Part shown: positions 11,700 through 25,443 of the stretch, piece after piece
Layout of the letters: every line of letters begins with the position of its first letter
Numbering within the stretch: position 1 is the first letter of the stretch
NCBI RefSeq assembly: GCF_009914755.1
Contig: NC_060930.1
Strand: one strand, 5' to 3'
DNA from: the human T2T-CHM13v2.0 reference genome, Homo sapiens
Length of the DNA stretch: 64,000 bases
Program-made: the position numbers and the translations under genes
The notes under the pieces: generated by a model
Seen by the model: the letters and a program-made list of their open reading frames with translations, nothing else
What the model was told of the DNA's origin: nothing
Databases searched by the model: none

Positions 11700-12535
11700 T
11701 GGGAACTCTGCTAGGAACTGAGAAATAAAGGATAATTATGTGTGGATCCTGCAGTTTGGAATATTGCAGCTTAATGGATGAACAGGTCATTTTAACACAA
11801 TATGTTAACTGGTGTGAGAAATGCATGCTGAGAGTGGGGGGACATGCTGCCTAAGCGGAGTTCTGCAGAATAGATGAGAGTAAGTCACACAAAGAAGAGG
11901 AAAAGAGAATGCTAGAAAGAGGGAACAGCATGAGCAAAGGCACAAGGTCAGCAAAGTGTACGTGTAGTTAAGAAAACCGGGCATTTCCTATCAACAGAAT
12001 GAAAGATGGGAGATGGCATAACATGGGACTTGAGGGGTAGGCAGAAGGAAAGATAGACGGGCTCTGTCACCCTGAGGAGGTGAGGCTTAACTTCATCCTG
12101 TGGTTGAAGACCAGCCTTTAGGATACACTGGAGCGAGAGAGGAGCCAGATCATATTTGCATTTTCAATAGGCCATTCCAGCAACCAGGAGACCATTAGGA
12201 GGCTGCAATCACAGAAACAGATGATAAGCAGAAATTGAGGATGAACAGAGGAATATTTAGGAGAACCTGGGAGGATCTAGTGGCTGACTGAAGGAGAGTT
12301 GAGCAAGATAGTAGTATCCATATGGGCCATAGTTGTGTCATTGACTTTGAACAGAACACTGGGCCAAGGGAAGGAAGTCTGGTTGTAGAGCAGGCTTGGC
12401 CAAGAGCAGGGAAGCCCATGAGTGCTGTTTTGAACATATTAGTTAAAGGCATATGCAGGAAAATGTCCACCCGGCAGATTTATATATGATACTGAAACTT
12501 AAGACAGGAGAAATAGCTTTGAGCATAATTGGCAT
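11700..12535 (-). mobile_element. L2 fragment
   Basis: Purine-rich L2 minus-strand motifs (gggaacagcatgagcaaaggcacaag; ggagaccattaggaggctgcaatc; ttttgaacatattag). Confidence 0.75.
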
Positions 12536-12540
12536 ATAGA

Positions 12541-12850
12541 CCAGAGCCTGCCGGATATGGGCCAAATCTGGGCTGAAGATACGTTTTGATTGCCCTCTTA
12601 AGCACTGACTCATGCAATGTTCAAAAAGATTTTTAAATCCATTTTATATTGCCAATGTGTAAAGTGTGAAATATTTTCTATAAAAACCCAAATTTATGAT
12701 CCCTCTTGAAAAACTGGGAGATCTGGCAACATTAAGCCCACATTCCCTTGTGGTATCAATTGTGAAAGCAAGCAGCCACTGTCCTCCTTCCATCGCAGCT
12801 TGGCCCTGACTATGGTTCATCCTCTGCTGGGATCAGAATCAGCTGCTGCT
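12541..12850. mobile_element. MER102-like hAT-Charlie DNA transposon
   Basis: gggccaaatctgggctg...ctcttgaaaaactgggagatctggcaacattaagcccacattccc. Confidence 0.6.
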
Positions 12851-13096
12851 TATCATCATCAGGTTAAAAGTAAAATATGTAGTGAATTTTATTACTGTAA
12901 AACATTAGAATTAATACATTATCTCCCTAGTTCCTGAAGCAGTAGATTTGTAATTTTTATTTCAGGCCTTGGCTTAAGAAAATAAATGCTTAGAAATGCA
13001 CTCAGTTTTTTAAAAGAACAAACACTACCAGTCTGTCCATTGCCTATGTTAGTATCTGTAAGTTACCAGGTACTGTTCTTAAAAAGAAGAGTGTGT

Positions 13097-13529
13097 CCGC
13101 ATGTTCTCACTCATAGGTGGGAATTGAACAATGAGAACACACGGACACAGGAAGGGGAACATCACACTCTGGGGACTGTTGTGGGGTCGGGGGAGGGGGG
13201 AGAGATAGCATTAGGAGATATACCTAATGCTAAATGACGAGTTAATGGGTGCAGCACACCAGCATGGCACATGTATACATATGTAACAAACCTGCACGTT
13301 GTGCACATGTACCCTAAAACTTAAAGTATAATAATAATAAAATAAAATAAATAAATAAATAAAAGAATGAGAATGAACATGCCATGAAGAATTAAAGGAA
13401 ATTAAAAACAAAACAAAACAACAAAAAAAAGAAAATACAGTTTTTAAAATTGAAAAGCAATATTTTCAATAAACATATAATAAATATTTTTTTAAAAATA
13501 TCTATTAAAATATCAAATTCAGAGAAAAA
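13097..13529 (+). mobile_element. 5'-truncated L1PA3-like element with 3' transduction
   Basis: L1 3'UTR (ctaatgctaaatgacgagttaatggg; not the L1HS ACA diagnostic) and A-rich tail to ~13363, then non-L1 sequence; 16-bp TSD aaaaagaagagtgtgt at 13081-13096 and 13530-13545; TT/AAAA endonuclease site. Confidence 0.95.
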
Positions 13530-16500
13530 AAAAAGAAGAGTGTGTGTTTGGGGATGGGCAAGCATAAATAATTTCCTGAACTTGTGCATAGTTGGAACTT
13601 AATAAAATCTGTCAAGGCCTTTCATTCATATATATTTACCATTTACATCAAACTATTTGGGAATGAATATAATTATACAGATCAGACATTTTGGTCAAGT
13701 CATTCAAATTCAAGTAATAAAACTTCATCCTACAGAATATAACAACACATAAACAGCAACAAAAAGCCCCACAACATGAGCTAGTGATTGATAACAATGG
13801 CAAAATATTTAGAATACCTGATGTTCAGTGTTGTCTTTCTGTTTCACCTTGGGAAAACAGAAATATAAATGTAATTTGCTGAAATTTATTTTTATATATA
13901 ACTAGGGAAATAATCTCGTAGCTAGAGTCCAACTGTGTACCATTAGATTTCATTATCTACTACTTGAGACAAAAGAAAATCTAGATACATTAAAACCTAT
14001 GTTGTTGTTGTTGTTTAAAAAAAAAAAAAAAGGCTTTAGTTAAGCTGACCATTTTGTGTTTCACTTTCATTACTTTCTCTTTACTCCATCCCCAAAGAAG
14101 TATAAATAGCTTATGAAGGGATTGAAAGACAATCCTCAGGATGGAAAGGAAAGGGACAGATACTCTGCCATCCCATTCTCTGGCTGCCTAAAATTGCAGT
14201 TTCCAAATCTGATGGTGGCAAAATGGCTCAAATCATTCTCATGGAACAACCAGGATTCCTGTTATGGTTCAATTTTAAACAAGGGTTTTCTTTATTCAAT
14301 GGAATCACCCTGGCATGTTTTGACCTTTCTTTTTCCCTTTATATTAATACAGTATAGTTATTTCTAACACTTTTCCATAGTTGTCAGCAAAAGAAGTAAT
14401 GTACAGTATTTGCAAAACTTTCCAAAGATAAGTTTGCGGTATTTCATTTACACATTTAACTTTTTCCCAAAAATAAAGAAAATATAATGATAATTTTGTC
14501 ACTTGCCATGTTTGGGATGAAGTTTTTGAAAGAAAATAGAATATAATTTAGAAATATAATGAATACATATATACGTGATTTATACAATATTTCCTGAATC
14601 CTCTCCAAGAAATTCCTAGAAGATTTCCAGGTCATACCTAGTATCCATAGTCACATCAGAAATGCTGGACAAAGTCTCTTGCATATTGTTCAACTGAGAT
14701 GTCTAATTAATAGAAAGTATAATAAAGTGCACACATCAAGAGTAAGAGAACAAATCATATAGAAAGGTTCATAAATAATGAAACAGCATAGCCCGCAAGT
14801 TCATTCAACTCACCTGCAAATGCCCATGCTTTTACTCCTCCCTTCACATAACGTTCATAGGGTACAAGCTGTCCTTGCCTCCAAGATCAACCCCTAACCT
14901 TTTCCAATCACACCATTTTGTCCTGCTCTTCACCCCCAAAGGCTTCTGGTTGCTTTGGGATTGGTTCGCTTCTGCTTTCTAGGAAACCACCAGCCCCATT
15001 ATAGATGCCGATGGTTGAGTCTCCTCCCCTCCTGAGATAAATGACTCACCAAAGGATTGGCAAGATCTGGTTAAGGGCCCTAATCTCTCCTAAAGTCACT
15101 TGCCTTGTTATACCTCCCCACACGTTTTTTTTTACTGTCCTGTCTGAAATTTTTTTCTGTCCTCACATGAATGTCCTCTGTATTCCTCTGCCTTCCAAAT
15201 TGGATAGTCAATACAGCATATCACTCTTTCATAATTTATTGCACATAGAATACAGTGGGAGACCATTTCAGGAAATAATAAACAGAAAATGATAAACATC
15301 TTTGTTAATAAACAAAGATTCCAAAACATATTTGACATCCTAGGTACTTCCTTCACTATCAAGTTAATCATGAAAAAAAAACTCAGATCTTCTGAAATCA
15401 ATGATAGCTTGAATACCCTTGCCTGAAGTCTCAGAACATTGATTTCCACATACACTATTAACTTCAGTTAGACTAACCCGTGACTTTTTGAAAAATCATT
15501 AATCCCAAATCTTTATTAGCTCCATCACCTTCATTCTTGCTTCAGTTTTTTGTGCACAGAAGGAAACACTTTTAATGACATTTAACAGAGATGCTGTAAG
15601 CCACACATGTCACTGCAGATAGGCTAATGACAATGAGAAGACAACAGCCATGCACTTATGAATCAGCCTTTGGTAGGGGTTGTCCAAAGAAGGAAGGACC
15701 CTATCACAATATAAGAAGTGGATGTTGTGATTCACCTGGAATTCTTCTTAACAAAATAACTTCCTATTCACATACTACTCTCTACTTTTCTATGAGAAGG
15801 AATAATAAAATATAAATCATATTATACAGTTACTTGTACTAATAAAGCTAAAAGGCACCTAAAACATTTTAAAACACTTTGGAGCACTTATTCTGTTGTG
15901 CCTTTCCTTCTAAAACATATTGGCAACTGTGATGCTAGCAATCTTGTCTTTCAAATCCATAATTATAAGGAAGAAAATGACTTAAAACATAAATTGTCAC
16001 TGCATTAGCCATCATATTTACATGTCTTTGCAATCCAGTAATTGCCATAAAAGCCTATCTTATTTTTAAAACCAAAATGTAAAATAATCAAGTTGCTGTT
16101 TTTAACTCTCTTGAATGAGCAGATTTATTATACAGCAAAAGTTTTAATAAATAAAAAAAAATAAATCCAGTCTGTACCATTCAGTCTTGAATGACAGTCT
16201 GTTAACAAGGCAAGGAAAGAACAGGTGAGTGTTTCATTTAAAGATTTCTGTAACTGAAATGAGCATCACGCCAACCAGATTGGGCAGCCACAAGAAACTG
16301 TATCTGAGAAAACAATCCAAAGCTGCCCGTGTGTGATACAACTGCCCTGACTTATTTTGAGAAGGAAAAACTCCTGCTGTATTTTTCCTTAACTCAAAAA
16401 TTAATCCCTTCCTTTGAAAAAAAAAACTTATTTATAAATGAGGACAGGCAGCTTTAACTGCGACAATAACTATTCTAACTCACCACAAATTCAACGGAAG

Positions 16501-16802
16501 CCTGCTTTTTTCACCTTAAATTCCATGGATTTTATTATCCCCTTTCTGGCTATCTTTGAAATAAGAGAAAAGGAGACACAATAAAACACATTCTCTCATA
16601 AATTCTAAAATTCATTCCCTGACTTGGGACTGAATACTGGCTTGCAGAATTTTGCCTGGCCAAGCCAGGACATGGGAATACCATGTGGACAGGTGAACTC
16701 TTCTGCCTACTCACCTGGCTCTGCCCTGAGACATGATGGAGAAGGGGCAAGATTATGTTCTCCTGAAATCCTTCACCAACATTTTCTTCCACTACTGAGT
16801 AC

Positions 16803-16806
<4 letters not shown>

Positions 16807-16855
<49 letters not shown>
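16807..16855. repeat. (TA)n microsatellite, ~24 units
   Basis: Uninterrupted TA tract. Confidence 0.98.
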
Positions 16856-16857
<2 letters not shown>

Positions 16858-17344
16858 ACCAAATAAACAATTTGAGACTTAATTGATATCAAAGAGAGTA
16901 TTCAAAAGAAGATCATACAAAATAAAGGAAAAATGCAACTCTTTTTGTGAGGCCATTACTGCCGTGAATAATTCTAGCATAAGAAATGCCTATCTAGCAC
17001 TCTGTCTTGATCATTTACCTCCCTGTAATTAAATCATTTAAATAAACATTGTCTCCGACATAATTTTTTAAACTTTGATTCAAAGAGCAATGCATTTGAC
17101 AGCTCTTAACCTTCATATGCCACCAAGATACCTCCTGTTTACTTATTTTTGTTACTGTGATTATACTGCTACTCTGTAGGAAAATGTCACCCTCCATTGT
17201 ATTAGCACAGTAATAACCTTTTCTTGCATTCCAAGTGAAGGTAAGTAGCAATAAATAATGTCAACTTTAATTTTCTGGTACTTTACACTAAATCACAGAG
17301 AAACCAAGTGTAAAATGCTTTGCCCCACTTTCTTCCAGCATAGA

Positions 17345-17520
17345 AATTTTGAGAGTTAGTGCAAACTTAACAAACTGTCAAACATCTAACCCTCCAATTA
17401 CAGAAATAGAAACTGAGGCACAAAAAGAGCAAATGACTTATCCTAGATCACTCACATCATTAGTGGAGAAGCAGGCATGGACTCTTGGACTCTGACTCCA
17501 AGCTGCTAGGGTAGTGCCTT
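17345..17520 (-). mobile_element. MIR (MIR3-like)
   Basis: tacagaaatagaaactgaggcac...atgacttatcctagatcac...gactccaag. Confidence 0.7.
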
Positions 17521-18627
17521 TTACTTCCAATCACCCTTATTTACTTATTTATTTATTTTTGGAAACTACCGAAAGCTTTAATTTATTTATTCAAAGTAAC
17601 CATACTATTGATGAAAAAATGAAGATGAAAACCAACAGTTACCCCAATACTATTTCAAAACAAACATAAAAATTAGAATGTGGTCATTTCTTCACACAAA
17701 TAAGTCCAAAACCAAGACCCACATTATTATATATATAATACAACCTAACATCTAGCCAAAAGACTAGGAAAAGGAAGCCAAGAAAGACAGGAAACTTTTA
17801 GACAATAATAGCCCTACTCCAACCAAAAAGCATGGAAAAAACTGCAACCCCACTTATAGCCCTGTCAGCAAAGACCAACTGGGAAGCCTAGCCTTCCGCC
17901 TTTGCCAGGCTATAGTGAGGTGATCAACATCCCTACAAGGTGGTGTCAGAGAAGGCTGAATAGGGAACCAGAACTTCCATTCTCATTTGGCAGTAACAAG
18001 GTCCCTCCCCCATGGTTTCATAGGAGGCCACATGGAGAACCTGAACTTCCACCCCACCAGGTGACAGGGAGGTGACCCTCCAACAGTAATGAGGCCCAAC
18101 CCCACTGTCCCAGTGGAGGCCAAGTAGAGAGAAGTAATGAGGTGCCCCTTCTCCTCCCAGCTAGGGTGATGGCAATGGTGGCCTAGTATGGAGCCTGAAC
18201 CACTATACCCAGCTGGCATTAATGGGGACACCTTAATCAGTCCCCCCCATTGACAGGGTGTCAAGGAAAACCAAGCGGGTTTTCCACCTCACCTCTGATG
18301 GCCTGATATCAGAGAAAACCTTCTAAAACACAAGATTTGAGTAAGATCCAATGTCTCAAAATGTAATACCCAGAATGTCCAGGATACAAACAAAAATTAC
18401 TCATCATACCAAGAACCAGGAAAATCTCAACTTGAATAAGAAAAGTTAATCAACAGATGTCAACACTGACATGGCATAGATGTTGGAATTATTTGACAAG
18501 GATTTTAAAGTTGCCATCATAAAAATGTTTCAATAAGCAATCACAAACACATTTAAAACAAATGAGAAAAGCAAAACTCTCAGCAAAGAAATAGAAATTC
18601 TCAACAGAGAAATAGAATAAAGAAAGA

Positions 18628-18980
18628 AGCAAAAGAACAAAGCTGAAGGCATCACACTACCTGATTTCAAAATCTACACAAAGTTATAGTAATCTTGGCT
18701 GGGCGCAGTGGCTCACACCTGTAATCCCACCACTTTGGGAGGCTGAGGCAAGTGGATCACCTGAGTTCAGGAGTTCGATACCAGCCTGACCAATATGGTG
18801 AAACCTCATCTCTACTAAAAATACAAAAATTAGCCAGGCATGGTGGCATGCGCCTGTAGTTTCAGTTACTTGGGAGGTTCAAGGAAAATTGCTTGAACCA
18901 GGGAGATGGAGGAGGTTGCAGTAAGCCGAGATCGCACCGCTGAACTCCAGCCTGGGTGACAGAGCGAGACTCCATCTCAA

Positions 18981-19014
<34 letters not shown>

Positions 19015-20515
19015 TATGGTAACCAAAACAGCCTGTTACTGGCATAAAAAACACATAGACCAATGGGACCAAACAAAGAGCCCAGAATAACTCCACTCAT
19101 TTACAGTCAATTGATTTTTGACAAAGGTGCCAAGAACACACAAAGGAGGGAAGAACAGTATCTTCAGTAAATGGTATGGGAACAACTGAATTTTCATATG
19201 AAGAAGAATATAATTAGACCCTTATCTCACACTACATACAAAAATCAACTCAAATGGATTAAATACCTAAGTGTAAGACCTAACACTGTAAAACCACTAG
19301 AAGAGAACACAGGAGAAAAGCTTTGTGAAATTGGCCTAAGCAATGATTTTTTTGGATATAACCTAAAAGCACAGGCAACAAAAGCAAAAACTGATCAATG
19401 GAATTGCATCAAAGTAAAAAGCTTCTGCACAGCAAAGGAAACAACCAACAGAGTGAAGAGACAACCCATGGAATGAGAGAAAATATTTACAAACCACACA
19501 TCTGATAAGGAGCTTAATTTCCAAAATCTATGAAGAATTCAAACCACTAAATAACAAGAAAACAATCCAATTTAAAAATGGGCAATGGACTTGAATAGAC
19601 ATTTCTCAAAAGAAAACATACAAATGACCAACAGGTATATGAAAAATTACTCAGCATAAGTAATCATCAGAGAAATGCAAATCAAACCATAATGAGATAT
19701 CACCTCACACCCATTTGAATGGCTATTATCAAAAAGACAAAAGATATGTACTTGCAAGAATGTGGAGAAAAGGGAACGCTTGTACCCTGTTGGTGGGAAT
19801 GTATATTAGTACACTGATTATAAAAAAAAAGTAGAGGTTTCTTAAAAAATTAAAAATAGAACTACCATATGATCCAGCAAATCCACTGCTGGATATATAG
19901 CCAAAGGAAATGAAATCAGTAGTCAAAGAGATAGCTGTACTCCCATATTCATTGAAGCTCTATTCACAATAGCTGAGGCATGGAATCGACCTACCTGTTC
20001 ACCAATAGATGAATGGATAAAGAAAATGTGGTACGTATACACAACAGAATACTATTCAATCTTTAAAAAGAAGGAAATTCTGACATTTGCAACAGCATGA
20101 ATAAAACTGTAATACATTATGCTAAGTGAAATAAGCCAGGCATAGAAAGACAATTACCGCATCATCTCACTTATACATGGACCTAAAAATGTGGAACTCA
20201 CAGAAACAGAGAGTACAATGGTTGTTACCAGAGGCAGGAGGGTGGAGATATTGGGAGCTATTGGTCAAAGAATACAAAATTTCAGTTAGACAGGAGGAAT
20301 AAAATCAAGAAATGTATTGTAAAACATGGTAGTACAGCTAATAACCATGTATATACTTGAAAATTGCTAAGAGAGTAGATTTGAGGTGTTCTCAAATAAA
20401 TGATAAGCTTGTGAGGTAATGCATATGTTAATTACCTTGATTTAGTCATTCCACAATGTATACATATTTCAAAACATCATGTTACATACCATGAATACAT
20501 ACATGATTAAGTTAA
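18628..20515 (+). mobile_element. L1MA 3' portion (ORF2 end plus 3'UTR)
   Basis: aagaacaaagctgaaggcatcacactacctgatttcaaa...; ORF 19171-19476 translates as L1 ORF2; 3'UTR gaggtaatgcatatgttaattaccttgatttagtcattccacaatgtatac. Confidence 0.9.
18697..19017 (+). mobile_element. AluS nested in L1MA; A-tail followed by (TA)n
   Basis: ggctgggcgcagtggctcacacctgtaatccc...gactccatctcaaaa. Confidence 0.97.
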
Positions 20516-20789
20516 AAAAAGAACCAAATAAAAATTTTAGAACTGAAAAATACAGTAACCAAAATTGTTAAAAAAAAAAAAAAACCCAAGGCATGGGCTC
20601 AACAGCAGAATGGAGAGGAAAGAAGAAAGAATCAATAATCCTGGGGATGGGACCATGGAAATCACCCAGTCTGAGCAACAAAGAAAAAAATAGATGGAAA
20701 AAAATGAGAACAGCCTCAGAAAACCGTGAGAATATAATAACAATCTAGCTTTCAAGTCACTGAAGTTTCAGAATGAGAGAGAACGAGCT

Positions 20790-20975
20790 CCCTCTGCTCA
20801 TGTTTCTTACATCCCTGGTCACTGTGTGCAGTGGTTGCCTCCTCACCTTTTTCTTCACTAGACTCAGCACTAGGAGGGCACACATGATGTTTTCCATCTC
20901 TGCATTCCCAGTTCCCAATACAGTGCCGTGCACATGATGAGCAATCAATCCATGTTAAGTGCATGTATGGATTCG
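20790..20975 (+). mobile_element. L2 3' end fragment
   Basis: actagactcagcactagggagggcac...acagtgccgtgcacatgatgagcaatcaat. Confidence 0.6.
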
Positions 20976-21829
20976 TTTCTGTACTTTCCTAGGTATTATG
21001 TACAACATCAAATTTTGGAAATTTTAGTTTATTTCATATTTGCTAGAGAATATCAGAGTGGCAAATTCTTTTGAAAATCTACCCATCATCAAATAAATTA
21101 TAAAAAGTACAGAAATAATTTTGCTCACAAGGGAAATCTTCCACCTGAATCCAACTCAACATTGAGAATGATATTTTCAAATGAATATTTCTGTTGCAGG
21201 GCACTGAGGGTCTTCTGGACTTTTTAATATACAATGATGTCATTAAAGCAGAGTACAAGGTTATGAACGCATTTTAAGAAGAAATGGGCTCTTTATTCAA
21301 TTTCTCATTTAGATTGTGGTAATAAAAGTCAATTCACATTCTGAATTTTTAGAAGCACATTGGAAAAATCTATGAAGTAACTTCATGTTTTATGGATTCA
21401 GGAAACTATAGTTCAAAGATATATCATTTATTATCTTTACTTTGATGCACTTGCTTTATTGGCACCTAGATCAAAGAATACTAAAAATTTCAGAACAGAA
21501 CTGGGTTCAGTATGAGATGTTTTGAGGAGAAATGTCAAGTAAGTTCCATCAACTTGTTCCTATTATATTTTGGAAGGGGTCCATGTTAAGATTTGAGTGT
21601 CACCAAGAGAAGACCTGATGACCCGTCCCCTAAGACAGCCCAGGAGCCTTAGCAAATTTACTGTGATCTGACCTAACTGTATCAGAGATATAGAACTGAT
21701 GGGATTCACCCAGATGACTTACGCTTCTCAAACTCACAAATAAATGATATCAACTGTTGTTAAGTATTCAGAGGAGACATTTTTCCATTGACCAGAATAT
21801 TCATGTCCTCCACTCATAACATACATAAT

Positions 21830-22288
21830 GTCCTATTTTCTTTCCCCTTTTGCCCTGCTGATAGGGGTTGACCTCTATAGAGTTTATCAGTAGATCCCAG
21901 ACTCTCTGAATTCTGGTTGAGGAGCCCCGGCAGGAGATCAAAGAAAAGGAGGAGATTGAGGTTAGGGTATTCATTCCCTTACTCCCTCCCCTTGAGGTTG
22001 CCTCTGTCTGGTTAGGACTCTTGACAAAGTCACTGCATCTCTCAAAGCAGCCCAAGCCCCAGGACTCTCTCCGTCCTTCTAGATTCTCATAAACTCTTCC
22101 TCCCCTCTATCCTTCAAGCCTAGGGATGGTGAAAATTTCATCACTAACACAGGGTACCTGCACCATCGTTTGTCATTTCCTGATACCCTACTCACACCTT
22201 TATAATTAGTCTTTTTGAAAGACACCTCCTTGCATTAACCTGATTTGAGAGTATCATCTCTGTTCTGTTAGGACCCTGACTGAGAGAC
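21830..22288 (+). mobile_element. LTR33-like ERVL LTR
   Basis: ccttcaagcctagggatggt...atcatctctgttctgttaggaccctgactgaga. Confidence 0.7.
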
Positions 22289-22706
22289 ACCACAAAAGGA
22301 GGTGGCTAATCCCAAAAGGCACAAGTCATTGTAAGTCCTCAGTAATTATCACAGTTCCACAAAAGAGCACCTCTCTCCTTTCTTGTAAGTGTGTCCACCC
22401 CATTCTGCATCTCTCTGTCTCTGGTTCTCTTCAGGATATTACAGAACAGGCACTGCCAACTTCTGGCTCTTGGGATCTCCTTTTTCTATGAGCTTTGCTG
22501 ACTTTCTGCCCCTAACCTGGATTTGTTCACAGTGTCTTCCTCCAGAAAGGATACAATATAGGTGATTACTTTTCTCATGCTGAATTATAATCAGTTTTTC
22601 CCAGGCTTGCCTCTCTGACATTTCACGTGTTATTATATAGAATATGAGATGTTTCTAAACTCTTCAGTCAAATATTGAAACCTCTTGGTTTATCATCAAA
22701 GGCAAC

Positions 22707-23556
22707 TGCGATGTTGTGAAATATATGTATTTGGTCTTTGACTCCATTTCCTGGCATACAAATTCTAAAATCCTTAGAATCTCCAAAGTGATATCTTTTT
22801 GTGTGCTAATGATTGATTAATGGCTGACAGCTCCTCAGTGACTTGAGGACAGAGCTGGTTACCTGAAAGACCAAGGCCTAAATAAAGGGTTGGGATTTTC
22901 AGCCCCACTCACTAGCCTCCAGGGTGGGGAGAGGGGCTGATAGATAAGTTGATAGCCAATGGCCAATGGTTTAATCAATCATGCCTAGCTAAGGAAGCCT
23001 CTATAAATAGCCAAAAGGACTGTGTTCCGAGAGCTTCTGGGTGCTGAACACATGGAGGTTCCTAGAAGGTGGCACACCCAAGAGGGCATGGAAGCTCCAT
23101 GCCTCTTCCCACATACCTCGTCCTATGCATCTTTTCATCTGTATCCTTTGTAATCTCCTTTATAATAAACCGGTAAACGTGTTTCCCTGAGGTCTGTGAA
23201 CCACTCTAGCAAATTAATCAAACCCAAGGAGAGGGTTGTGGGAACTCCAATTCATAGCCGGTTGGTCAGAAACATAGGAAAAACAACCTGGGGATTGAAA
23301 TGGGCATTGGATTGGGGGTCCATCTTGGGGACTGAGCCCTCAGCCTGTGGGATCTAACACTATCTTCGGGCGGATAGTGTCAGAATTAAATTGGAGAATG
23401 CCCAGCTGGTGTCTGCTGCAGAACTGATTGCTTGCTTACTAGTGGGGAGAAAACGCACATATTTTGGGATCACAGAAGTGTTCTTTGGTGATTATTCTTG
23501 CTGAGTGAGAGAATAGAAAAAGCACTCTGAGTTTGAGTGAGTTTTTTCTCCAGAGA
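22707..23556 (+). mobile_element. MER21-like LTR
   Basis: tgttgtgaaatatatgtatttggtctttg...ggttgggattttcagcccc...gagaatagaaaaagcactctgag. Confidence 0.8.
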
Positions 23557-25219
23557 AACTAATTGCTTTCATATTTTTTGTGGATTTTACTAGTTTAAAA
23601 TTATGTTAATCTTATTTTCTTCATCTTAAAATTTAAAGGAAGAAAGATACCATTGCCTCATACAAATAAGAACCTAAAACATAAAAAAAAAAACATATTC
23701 TAACTGAAGTCCAACAAAATAAATCTTTTCCTAATGGGGATTAAAGCCAAAAAGAATATTGACAATTAAGACAGCAAGATTAGAAAATCTTTCCTTTACA
23801 ATTATGGCTGTTCACAAAACCAAAACGTCTAAGGTCTCCTGCCTAATTGGAAAAAGAATTCTACCTATGCCTGCAATTTCAGTAATTGTCACTCAGTGAA
23901 TTACATCTGTCCACAAAAGCTTAGACTTGGTGCGTAGAGTTTCTTCAGGCACGTACAGAGGAAAGTGGGGATAAAATTTATAATTCATGTAGCTGAGTTT
24001 TTCCTACAAAGATATAATTCCTTAAGAAAGTGACACACATATTTCTAATTATAAGACATGTAATTTAGATCAAGAGCCAAATGAAATATCAAATTCTAAC
24101 TACAAATCAAGAACCTATCCCTTTAATAAATTCTGCTTGCTTAACATTTGCTTTTCTTTATATAGTGAGAAGCACTACTACTTTTTTTCGCCCTGAGACT
24201 TTTCTGGGTCATAACTGTTTGAAACTTTTCCTTGCACAGCTTCACAGGAACCAGCCCCTTAATGTCTCCTGGTAAACCATGACCTCAGGAGGCTCCTCAT
24301 TTTCCTTCAACCTTGAGTTTCTTCTAAAAATGCTGAGCCTTTTTCTAGTCTATCTCTTGAGCCTGCTTTCTCTTTAAAATGTGTAAGTGTGAGATCTAAA
24401 CATTAACTGGCAATCTAGCAATTAGGTGGTCTAAATATGCAGAATTGGTCTTGTATATTTAGCCTGACTCGTTTATGCACCAATGCATAAGAATTTAATG
24501 CACAAGCAAAAATAGAAAGGTTTCTGTCCACAAGTCATTCTACAATAGTAGAAATATTTACCACTGCAACAAAATAGAATAGGTATTCCTTTTTTCTTTT
24601 TCCTTTTTTAGCCATAGCAAGATATTAGTAATATTTAGAGGGAAAAAATGATACCTACTGAAAAAAGCAGTTAAGTTATCATACAGTTTGTTAACATGAA
24701 GATTTATTTTTGCTTGAGGCAAAGTTAAGATTAAAGATATGATGTCACTAACACCACATAAGCTCATAAAACACTAAGCTATTACTATGACCTTAATATG
24801 GAATTTAGGATTCAAGACATCAATATTGCTTTATAATAGCCTCATATTTGTTTAAAAGTCAATTGTAGTTTCTCATAGTTCCATTTCCCATTTTCATCTA
24901 AACTACCTTGAACTTTGGTTGTACAAAAGTATTCCAAACAATTTTTGTATTTCTTTATTGTATACTTTAAAAATTCACAGAGTCCAAAGGTGAAAAACAA
25001 TAAATTACTTAAAATATCAAGAAACATCCACCCCATTTTCTAGTGTGTTCAGTATCTTTTCAGTGAGAAAGGGACTGCTGTGTGTACTAATATTAGCCAA
25101 TATGATAACAAGAAAATATTATGGAAAATTACTGGACAATTTTTTAATTACATTTTTTCTCAAAGTTTCCCATCTGCACATATTCAGCTATTTATCCAAA
25201 AATTCCAGCTCTGCTATGT

Positions 25220-25355
25220 CTTGTGCAACCTAAGGATAGTGTCTTAGCCACTCAGATTCTCAATTTCCCATCTGTAAAATGAGGCTGGTGACACTTCACA
25301 CAATTTTTGTGAGGACTAAATAAGTGAAATAACATGTAAAAGGCTTAACATACGG
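25220..25355 (+). mobile_element. MIR fragment
   Basis: ctcaatttcccatctgtaaaatgagg...gtgaggactaaataag. Confidence 0.7.
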
Positions 25356-25443
25356 TTTTACTCCACTCATTCCATTCTACACCAATATATCTAGACACTG
25401 AGCCAAGATTAAGCAATAAAGAGTTCTAACGCTGTAATGGGAA

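Larger units (their letters stand above)
17700..20785 (+). mobile_element. Old L1M (MC/MD-like) 5'/ORF1 region, interrupted by an L1MA
   Basis: agaatgtccaggatacaaac...tgttggaattatttgacaaggattttaaag on the left; resumes at ~20515 (gaaccaaataaaaattttagaactgaaaaatacag...gggctcaacagcagaatggag). Confidence 0.75.

Noticed and set aside
19171-19476. 101-aa ORF
   Set aside because: Degenerate L1MA ORF2 fragment with a premature stop.
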